Made by a program: the position numbers and the translations under genes. 64,000 nucleotides of DNA, taken from positions 228,532,001 to 228,596,000 of the forward strand of contig NW_027362773.1 in assembly GCF_046119375.1 (NCBI RefSeq), given 5' to 3'. The DNA comes from Phyllobates terribilis (lineage: Eukaryota). The notes beneath the pieces are model-generated. The model had not been told where the DNA came from, did not search any database, and saw only the letters and a program-made list of their open reading frames with translations. Below, one piece after another: positions 55,233-64,000 of the stretch (within the stretch, counting starts at the first letter, position 1; every line of letters begins with the position of its first letter).

Positions 55233-58200
55233 TCTAGCTATGGCCCAGGCAACTTATGCATTTACAATGGATTTATCAGCACTTGTTCCTGCGGATCCAC
55301 CACGGGGATCCAAAACGAAGCCGTGCATTTGTGGAGCAATGCATGCTGCATTTAAAGTTCTATGCTCACTATTTTCCTACTGATTGGATTAAAGTAGCAT
55401 TCATGATGTCCTACCTAGAGGGTGATGCCTTGAAATGGGTCACCGCCCTATGGAAAGCATGGGATCCTATCGTCTCTGACCTGCAGGCCTTCCTGGTGGC
55501 ATTTCTAATGGTCTTCGATGACCCTAATCCTGAAGCCTCTACTAAAGCTTCCTTTCCCAATATCCCGGAGGATATGGATGATGTGTGTAGGTAGCTCACC
55601 AGTTCTCCTGCCTGAAGAGACTGCTGCCCACCCAGAATCCACACAAGATGACTACGCTCCGCAGAATACTTCTCTTCCCAACCTCAAGAGGCAGTACAGA
55701 TGTGCAAGGCGTAGAGGCAAACCATCACGCCTGGTTCTGTCCTCCCAAAGACCTGCTCCCCAGCCTGTAGAGGCAGCTATCCGCACTGAATCCCTGAAGG
55801 TTGACCTTGTTCGTCAGGCGAAGCAGAGGCCGGAACTCAGTCACAAAATCGGATTTCGGTCCCGCTGCGGTTGTTTGAGACCCCCTGACGGTCTTTGTCC
55901 AGAGAAGGTTGGAGAATCCCAAGACATTAGGCCTGTAGGAGAGGCTGCCCTTGGCCTTAGTGTTTCCTCTCCACAGATGACCATGACTGTCTCCGTGGCT
56001 AGTAAAAGCCTCGGATTAACCGGAAGTTTCTGGCTTAAAATCTTGAAGAGTCAGTGTTTGATTCCCCTCCGCAAACTTCAGAAGCCGGTTTGGGCATTGT
56101 CAGCGGAAGGACGAGCCCTACTCAGAAACAGTCAAAATATGTCTGTACAAATTAAGCTCCAGATTGGAGCATTACACATGAAGAAGCTTACATTGCAGGT
56201 GCTGACTGGTTTACCCACAAGTCGTCCAGAGCCGAGAGATCTAGTGCCCACTCAGGTCTGGAGACTCTGTATGGTGTATCATGGGGGACTGCTAAGGTAC
56301 AAGGGGTGTCCAGTCCCCATATCTTCAGGACAGTCAGCAGTTTTTTCTTCTTCTTCACCAGATCTGCTAGCCGCTGACTCGCTGTGCTCTGAAGTCTCCA
56401 AAGGAAGAGAAGCGGAGGCAATGTCCCCACACAGTCTCGACGATTGTACCAATGATCTGGCTTCAGGTACCATCCCACCTCACAGACATGTCATCTCTGA
56501 AACCAGACTTAAGTTGGTCCCAAAGCAAGGACCCTCCATCTCTAATAAATCTGGCCTTACGTCCATCAAGGCGGTGGATACCTCCAAGCCTCTGCACCCC
56601 TCCAACCAGGCGGAGGACCTCCACTTGCCTCCTGAATCCTCTGGGGTGCTACCTGATAACAAATGGAGAGAGACTTCCCTACACCCTGTACCTGATACCT
56701 CACCCACTTCATCCAGTGAGCTTGACAAAGTGGACTCAGAAGCAGTGATTGATTACCCCTGAGTCTCTGCATTCCTCCAACCAGGCGGAGGACCTCCAGT
56801 TGTCTCCTGAATTTCCCGGGGTGCTACCTGATAAATGGGGAGAGACTTTCCTACACCCGGTACCTTGTACGCCGCCCACTGCATCCAGTAAGCTTGGCAA
56901 AGTGAACGTCAAGGCGGTGGTTACCCCTGAATCTCTGCACCCCTCCAACCAGGCGGAGGACCTCCAGTTGTCTCCTGAATCCACCAGGGTGCTACCTGTT
57001 AACAAATGGATAGAGACTTTTCTGTGTGCTGTTCCCGGTACTTCACCCACTTCATCTGTTGCTGAAGATGGCTCGATGGGAGGAAGCATCCTAGTTACCA
57101 AGATGATGAGACCAGTTTCGTTTCCTCTAATGGACAGAAGAGGTAATCCTCTTGAAGAGAAGGATTGGCCTCCAAATTCTCTACAGATGACTCTTGCAGG
57201 CTTGAAGAAGGGGGGGAGTACTGTAACATCCCTGGCGTCGTACTTGCATAGTGCACCACCTCCCACTATGCAAGACCGCAATCTTACCTGTCTGTCCAGT
57301 TTGCTATTCCTGCTCCAGTGCATGCTGTGTGCATGTCCCTTGACTGTCTGCTTAGGGCGGCGGCCCGGTTACTTCCTGATTCTTATAGCTGCTGTGGGCG
57401 CACCCCTAATGCGTCTCCAGCCTATTGCTGTGAGTCACTGGATATTTAAACCCCCTCCACCCAGTAGGAGGTGCCTGAGCAACTCTTACCTTCAGAGGGC
57501 TCCTTGCCTCTGATGTGCCAGGTCCTGTTTTGTTCTTGCCTGTCCGCCAGCCTGGGGGCTGTATTCCCAGGCCTGTCTGAACTATCTCCTAGCCTGTTTG
57601 TCCACCTCTCTGGGGGCCGTATACCCAGACTCGATCCTGTATCTTGTTCCAGTTTCAGTTCCTGTCTGAACACTCTCCTAGCCTGTTTGTCCGCCTCTCT
57701 GGGGGCCATATACACAGACTCGCTCCTGTATCTTGTTGTAGTGTCAGTTCCTGTCTGAACACTCTCCTAGCCTGTTTGTCTCTGTGTCCGTACCTTCCCT
57801 TTTCCTGCAGTCTCTGAACCTGCACCTAACTCCTACTCGTTGTCTCTGCACTTCTGTTGTGAGTTTAGAGTCCACTCGCTACTTCATTGCAAGTACCTTG
57901 TGTATATCTGGTTCTGCTTTTCCCTTCCAGTCTGTTCAGTGTGAACTGAGCCCTGTCCTGCCTGCTCTGCCTTGCTCACCGCTCTGGCGGTTCCTGCCTG
58001 CTCTGCCTTGCTCATCGCTTCGGCGGTTCCTGCCTTGCTCACCACTCCGGCGGTTCCTGCCTGCTCTGCCTTGCTCACCGCGCCGGCGGTTCCTGCCTGC
58101 TGTGCCTTGCTCACCGCTCCGGCTGTTCCTGCCTGCTCTGCCTTGCTCACTGCTCCGGCGGTTCCTGCCTGCTCTGCCTTGCTCCCCACTCCGGCAGTTC

Positions 58201-58874
58201 CTGCCTGCTCTGCCTTGCTCACCGCTCCGGCGGTTCCTGCCTGCTCTGCCTTGCCCACCGCTCCGGCGGTTCCTGCCTGCTCTGCCTTGCTCACCGCTCC
58301 GGCGGTTCCTGCCTGCTCTGCCTTGCTCACCGCTCCGACGGTTTCTCCCTGCTCTGCTTGCTCACCACTCCGGCGGTACCTCTCTGCTCTGCCTTGCCCA
58401 TCTCTTCAGCGGTTCCTCTCTGCTCTGCTTGTCTACCGCATCTGCGGTTCTGTTCCTGAATCCCAGTCTGTACTGGACCCTATCCAGCCTGTGCTCCAAC
58501 CTACTAGTACCTCCCCGTCTGCACGCCAGCCGTACTTGTCAGCACCCCCCTGTCTGCATACCAGCCGTGCCTGCCAGTATCCTCCTGTCTGCAATCCGAC
58601 CGTGCCTGCCCATACCCACCTGTCTGTGTGCCAGCCTAACCTGCCTGTTCCTGTATTCCCCGGTGTGGGTCAACAGCCGTGTCCGGGGTCTGACCTGGAG
58701 TAGCACCTGGTCCCTCTGCTCGGTTCCTCCCTGGTGCGCGGCGTCGTTAGCCGTCGTGCGACCTTGGTCGGATCGGGTTGATACTTAGTTACGCCCCTCC
58801 AGGCACTCTCCGGTTCATGGCACAGTGGAATCACTAAATCACGCACACGCCAGTCAGCCCGGGTGTGCATAACA
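55233..58874 (+). mobile_element. Non-autonomous Gypsy derivative with 3' LTR (57222-58874)
   Basis: gag GDPKRSRAFVEQCMLHL...SYLEGDALKW; eroded protease/RT start; about 170-bp repeats; PPT GAAGAAGGGGGGGAG then TGTAAC...ATAACA. Confidence 0.8.
57955..58380. repeat. 36-bp minisatellite inside the LTR (about 12 units)
   Basis: Unit CCGGCGGTTCCTGCCTGCTCTGCCTTGCTCACCGCT. Confidence 0.95.
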
Positions 58875-59281
58875 CTCATGATTCTCATTTGGTCTGACAT
58901 GCACCGTGAGCTGTGAGGTCTTGTATAGACAGGTGTGTGCCTTTCCAAATCAAGTCCTATCAGTTTAATTAAACATAGCTGGACTCAAATGAAAGAGTAG
59001 AACCATCTCAAGGAGGATCACAAGGAAATGGACAACATGTGACTTAAATATGCGTGTCTGAGCAAAGGGTCTGAATACTTATGACCATGTGATATTTCAG
59101 TTTTTCTTTTTTAATAAATTTGCAAAAATTTCTACATTTCTAGTTTTTTTTCAGTCACGATGGGGTGCAGAGTGTACTTTAATGAGAAAAAAAATGAACT
59201 TTTTAGAATTTTACAAATGGCTGCAATGAAGCAAAGAGTGAAAAATTTAAAGGGGCCTGAATACTTTACATACCCACTCTA

Positions 59282-59895
59282 GAGGAGGGCCTCAGTAAAA
59301 AAAAATGTTTCCTTTATTAAGGAGTGGGTCTCCTATACTGGTAATGCCCATGCACTAAGTGCATGGGCTGAAAAACATTTACCCCTGGGGGGTATACATG
59401 AACATACTGTATAACATACAGAATGTTAGAGGTAGTCCCCTAAAAAAAATTCCTGCGGGCATCAAAAACACCCTTAAAAAAATTATGTAGGTGTTGCATC
59501 ACGGTCACCCTTGTGATATGGCGGTGGAGGATGAAGAGAAGGAGGACAACAGAAAATAGACAAAATCAGGAAGTGTATACCCATGTCTGGGTGTGAAGAG
59601 GTGCATGGGAATAGACTGCCCCCAACCCCCCCCCCCCCAAAAGAAAACCAAACACTGGATTTGACTTTGTTTCGCTGCAGTCATCCGTTGGTGTTGAGAA
59701 GTCTAGCCCAATTCAGCCGTTGTTCACTTTTATAAGAGTCAGCTTGTCAGCATTTTCAGTTGACAGGCAAATGTGTCTATCAATTATAATGCCCCCAGCG
59801 GCACTAAAAATCCGCTCTGACAGAGCACTAGCAGCAGGGCAGCCCAGGACCTCCAAGGTATAGAGAGCCATTTCATGCCACATGTAAATCTTGGA
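59282..59895 (-). mobile_element. hAT fragment with the C-terminal dimerisation domain
   Basis: WHEMALYTLEVLGCPAASALSERIFSAAGG...LIKVN; 3' part continuous with 51155-51504. Confidence 0.88.
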
Positions 59896-60895
59896 TATGA
59901 CGCGCCCCTGGGCCTTCGTCGCGCGGCATCGCGCGCACGGGAGCTTACCCGGAGCCGGATCTGTTGAGGGTTGTAGTCTCGTGGCGGTGACCCGGTCCGT
60001 GCCCAGGGAGTCAACTGAGCGGCGATGTATTAGCGGTAGATGTTGGACGACTACGCCACCCGTTGAATGCAGCGAAGGAGCTGCCGCTGCAGGGCAGACC
60101 GCTGAGGCCGGTGGTAGGATTGTGCAGCGTGATAGTATCACCCCCAACGGGAGGGGTATGGCCTCAGGGCAGCCGACGTGGATGATGGGGGTAGCAGGAA
60201 TCACTCAGAGACGATGCGGTGTAATTCAGGGTCTTTACTGGTGATAAAGATAGACCCTCCCGGAGTACTGGCTAGCGATCGGGGCCTGGTCAGTCCTTGA
60301 GCAGATGGGATCTCCCCTGGCCAGGCGGAGTTGTAGGCCTCCCAAACTGACTGTACTCTTCTGGCTACCTTGCTAGAGGCGGGTATAAGTAGCCCACGTC
60401 CCTGAGTGTACAGTGTGGTGCTCACCCGTATGGCCGGTGACTCGGGGCCTTCTAGTGGCGTCCGCTCCACGACGGCGGTGCTGGTCCCACGCGTGTGACC
60501 GTGCCTTCGGGTTTCTTGGCCAGAGGACCTGAAATCCCCTGCCGGGCGGTTTCTGCTGCTGGGTAAAGATTAGTCCCCACAGCCTCGGACTCCGGGTCCG
60601 GTGATAGCTTCTCAGTCAGGGCGAGCTCTGCAGCTGCCAGCCCCTGACTCCTTATAGCACTGCTCCCACAGAGCTCCTGATGTTCTTTTCCTAGATCTGC
60701 TTCTCTTCTCTGTCTCTACTTCTTCTCTACTCTCTAACCCTGCCTCAGCCCCAGGTTTATATAGGGGAAGTTCTTCCCCTCCCAGGACTGGGCAGGAGGT
60801 GTGGCATGCACAGGATCCCTGACCAAGAGACCTCCCACCTGCTCTCAGACATAACATTGCTGTTACTGTGGAAACCAGACCCCTGGGGTGCCACA
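59896..60895 (-). mobile_element. 3' LTR (about 1 kb) of the terminal Gypsy element
   Basis: Minus strand: PPT AGGGGGAA then TGTGGCACCCC...GGGGCGCGTCATA. Confidence 0.88.
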
Positions 60896-61257
60896 TTCCC
60901 CCCTAGTGAAATTTAGTACTCCGGGACTAAACATATTTTTAGAAAAACATAACAAGGTATAAACAATAATAATACAATAAGAAAAACACATAAAGATGGT
61001 TACGGCGTGTCCGCAACCGGGTGCAGTCTTTGAAGAAAACAAAGGTGTCCATTTCACCAAAACAGGGAGACGTAACCAGGTAGGGGTCTGTCCTGCCCCG
61101 AGTCCTTAACAGTCTTTTAGTCCATTCCTGGGTTACGCTCCAACCAATTGTACAAGGATTCCCGGTAAATCCACCAAGGACTCCTAAAAATAACTAGAAA
61201 CACATAATTATTTACAAGTAACAGACAGGTGACCACAAATAAAACAATTTAAACACT

Positions 61258-63984
61258 TCAAATCCTCCAACGTGCGGGTAACTGGCCTCTAGTGGCCCTA
61301 GTGGACCTACGGAGTTGACTGTCTGGCCCTGAACTACAGGGTGTAGGAGCTGTCAAGGGTAAACTGGGCAGCTGTCTACGGGCTCTTTGGCTCACTAGGG
61401 GTACGGCAGGCTCACTATGAGCAGAGGATTGATCCTCCTGTTCTGCTTGTGTGGAGTCTGCTGCCTCCTGGACCGGCTGCTCTTCCAGCTCTACCTGTTG
61501 CTCCGTAGGCACTTGGGATGCTGGTTGGAGGAACGTGAGGACGGGTACCAGAACTGCACCGTTGACTTGAGTCCAGGATCGAGGGAAGTCTCCGAGCACA
61601 GTACTAACCATATCTTCCCTTTCCTCTACGGGTCGAGGGTCTTCTTGCTCTCCTTCTGGGTTCCGTAGCTGTTCGGGACACTTCTTCAGGTGATCCCGGG
61701 ATACAATGGCTGTGGTTTCCCCTCCGTCTTTACTGATGGTACAAACCTTTGGGTTGTCGTGGCTTGAGGGCAGTACGGTGTACGGGTCCTTCTCCCACTG
61801 GTCGTCCAACTTGTGGAGCCGTCTCTTCCTCTTCAAGACCTGCTCTCCGGGTACCAGGGGAACAGCGGGAGCATACTGGTTGTAATTTTTCTCTTGTCTT
61901 TCCCTAGCGAGACAGAGACTTCGCTCCACGCTCTCCTGTACTTTCCGGTACTGCTGCTGCCTCTCTGTGTCCCAGTCTGCTTCCGGTGAAGTGTCCTCGG
62001 GTGTCAGGACTCTCATCTCCAGGTCAACAGGTAGCTTACCAGGCCTTGCCCTCATTAGGTAAGCCGGGGTACAGTTGGTGGAACCTACAGGGATGTAGTT
62101 ATATAGGTCCACCAGGTCGGGCAGCTTCTCAGGCCACAGACTGCGTTCTTCCAGGGGCAACGTTTTCAGAAGATCCATTACCACCTGGTTCATTTTCTCA
62201 CAAAGTCCATTAGTTTGCGGATGATAGGGTGTCGTCCTTATCTTCCGGCAGCCATACAGATTGCAGAATTCCTGGAAGACCTCCGCTTCAAAGGCAGGTC
62301 CCTGGTCCGTCAGCACTTGGTCCGGGTACCCGTGTGGATGGCAGAAGTGCTGCTGGAAGGCTCTAGCTGCTGTTTGAGCTGTTAAGTCCTTAACGGGGAC
62401 GACAACCAAGAACCGGGAGTAATGATCCACAATGGTTAACGCGTAGACGTAGCCACTTCTGCTTGGGGTCAGTTTTACATGATCCAAGGCTACCAGTTCC
62501 AACGGCTGCTTGGTGACAATGGACTGAAGGGGGGTCTTCTGGCTGGCACGGTCCTTCCTTCTTAGGTTGCACGGGCCACAGTCTCTGCACCACCTCTCGA
62601 TGGTTCCCCTCATGCCTACCCAGTGGAACCGCCCGCGCAGCAGGAACTCCAGCTTCTTCCATCCGAAGTGTCCAGCCCCGTCGTGGTATGCCTCCATCAC
62701 CATGGCTGCGTCTCTTCGTGGCACCACTACTTGCCAGATTAGTTCATGCGTCCGGGAGTTAACCATTCTGCGGCACAACTTCCCCTTGTAAAGGAACAGT
62801 CGACTCTTCTCAGCCCACAGTTGTTTGGCTTCCTCCGGAGCGTCTGGGTCAAGGCGGGCATCTGGCTGAGTGAGCATCTCCTTCACCAGTCGGACGGCAG
62901 GGTCACTGTCTTGCGTTTCCTCCCAGTTGTAGTGAGGCAAGGGGTTAAACGTAGCGGCTTGCTTACTCCTTACCCGATGGGAATACTGGATAGTCCCATG
63001 ACGGTGGAACGCGGGGAGTTCGACTTCCTCCAATCCCTCTGGATCTTCTCCTACGTCCGGTAGGTTTGGCATCCTGGACAGGGCGTCCGCGTTGGTATTG
63101 GAGCGTCCTGCCTGGTATTTGATTGTGAACTCGTAGTTGGACAGACGGGCCATCCATCTCTGCTCTAGGGCACCGAGTCTTGCCGTGTCCAGGTGTGTCA
63201 ACGGGTTGTTATCCGTGTACACGGTGAACCGGGAAGAAGCGAGGTAGTGCTTAAAGCGTTCGGTGACTGCCCACACCACTGCCAGGAACTCTAGCTTAAA
63301 TGAGCTGTAATTCTCAGGGTTTCTTTCGGTGGGTCGCAGTTTTCGACTGGCGTAAGCGATTACTCGTTCTTTCCCCTGCTGGATCTGGGACAGTACGGCT
63401 CCTAGCCCGATGTTACTTGCGTCGGTGTGGAGGATAAAGGGCTGGCTGTAATCAGGGTACGCCAGGATTTCATCCCCCGTGAGGGCCATCTTCAGCTGGC
63501 GGAAGGACTCTTCTTCTAACTTCTCCCATTTGAAGGGCGGCTTCTGGTTCTTGGCCTTCCGGGACTGGCCTATCAGGAGGTCCTGCATAGGAGCTGCCTT
63601 TTTGGTGAAACCGGGGATGAATCTGCGGTAATAGCCTACCAACCCGAGGAACTGCCGCACTTCCTTTACACTGGAGGGACTTGGCCATTCCTTAATTGCG
63701 GTGATCTTATCAGGGTCGGGAGCCACTCCGTCAGCGCTCACCACGTGTCCCAGGTACTGCACCTTTGGTTTTAGGAGGTGACACTTGGAGGGTTTTACCT
63801 TTAGGCCGTAGTTTGCCAGAGCTTCGAACACTTCCGCCAGGTGTTTCAGGTGGTCCTCATAAGTCTTGGAATATACGATGACATCGTCCAGGTACAACAG
63901 GACCGTCTCGAAGTTTCTGTGGCCCAGACAGCACTCCATTAATCGTTGAAAGGTTCCTGGTGCGTTACAGAGTCCAAACGGCAT
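61258..63984 (-). CDS. Gypsy/Ty3 pol (RT C-half, RNase H, integrase); frame stays open to the window edge
   Basis: 908 aa uninterrupted: YLDD, HTDAS...LEFLA, HDGAGH...CRDC, LDH...TDQG...E integrase. Confidence 0.96.
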   Translation of the reverse strand: MPFGLCNAPGTFQRLMECCLGHRNFETVLLYLDDVIVYSKTYEDHLKHLAEVFEALANYGLKVKPSKCHLLKPKVQYLGHVVSADGVAPDPDKITAIKEWPSPSSVKEVRQFLGLVGYYRRFIPGFTKKAAPMQDLLIGQSRKAKNQKPPFKWEKLEEESFRQLKMALTGDEILAYPDYSQPFILHTDASNIGLGAVLSQIQQGKERVIAYASRKLRPTERNPENYSSFKLEFLAVVWAVTERFKHYLASSRFTVYTDNNPLTHLDTARLGALEQRWMARLSNYEFTIKYQAGRSNTNADALSRMPNLPDVGEDPEGLEEVELPAFHRHGTIQYSHRVRSKQAATFNPLPHYNWEETQDSDPAVRLVKEMLTQPDARLDPDAPEEAKQLWAEKSRLFLYKGKLCRRMVNSRTHELIWQVVVPRRDAAMVMEAYHDGAGHFGWKKLEFLLRGRFHWVGMRGTIERWCRDCGPCNLRRKDRASQKTPLQSIVTKQPLELVALDHVKLTPSRSGYVYALTIVDHYSRFLVVVPVKDLTAQTAARAFQQHFCHPHGYPDQVLTDQGPAFEAEVFQEFCNLYGCRKIRTTPYHPQTNGLCEKMNQVVMDLLKTLPLEERSLWPEKLPDLVDLYNYIPVGSTNCTPAYLMRARPGKLPVDLEMRVLTPEDTSPEADWDTERQQQYRKVQESVERSLCLARERQEKNYNQYAPAVPLVPGEQVLKRKRRLHKLDDQWEKDPYTVLPSSHDNPKVCTISKDGGETTAIVSRDHLKKCPEQLRNPEGEQEDPRPVEEREDMVSTVLGDFPRSWTQVNGAVLVPVLTFLQPASQVPTEQQVELEEQPVQEAADSTQAEQEDQSSAHSEPAVPLVSQRARRQLPSLPLTAPTPCSSGPDSQLRRSTRATRGQLPARWRI

Positions 63985-64000
63985 GCAGGTAAACTCGCTA

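Larger units (their letters stand above)
51505..59279 (-). mobile_element. Tc1 family E shell enclosing nested elements
   Basis: TA-CAGTGGGTATGGAAAGTATTCAGACCCC at the left, inverted copy ending CCCACTC-TA at the right; transposase ATG at 58879-58877. Confidence 0.82.

Noticed and set aside
57784-58788. Ala/Pro-rich or antifreeze-like ORFs in several frames; CRISPR-like periodicity
   Set aside because: A stop-free 36-bp minisatellite in an LTR with no unique spacers, in eukaryotic context.
59713-60204. In-frame fusion of LTR-derived sequence to the hAT dimerisation domain
   Set aside because: One-in-three chance frame match at an insertion junction, with a non-ATG start and no expression evidence.
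60896-61257. env or extra ORF after integrase
   Set aside because: Only about 360 nt of AT-rich UTR lies between the pol stop and the PPT.

Overview
Vertebrate genomic DNA, most likely an anuran amphibian (inferred from the Xenopus XlCOF/XlCGF-type zinc-finger gene and frog-type MITEs). One host gene is present: a + strand, six-coding-exon KRAB-like C2H2 zinc-finger gene (26593-44891, about 838 aa by my hand splice, 19 complete fingers). The rest is mostly a dense, deeply nested transposon field: several Tc1 families, a mariner, hATs, piggyBac-like, T2/Kolobok-like and Harbinger-like MITEs, L2, CR1, L1 and Penelope-like fragments, and several Gypsy/Ty3 LTR elements, plus a 161-N gap. I found no convincing undescribed system. 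The best leads are a self-priming (Tf1/sushi-type) PBS-R pairing in one LTR element, the evolving finger array and altered KRAB box, a near-intact Tc1, an uninterrupted Gypsy pol, and reconstructable multi-level insertion nests. All coordinates were counted by eye; no alignments or database searches were run.
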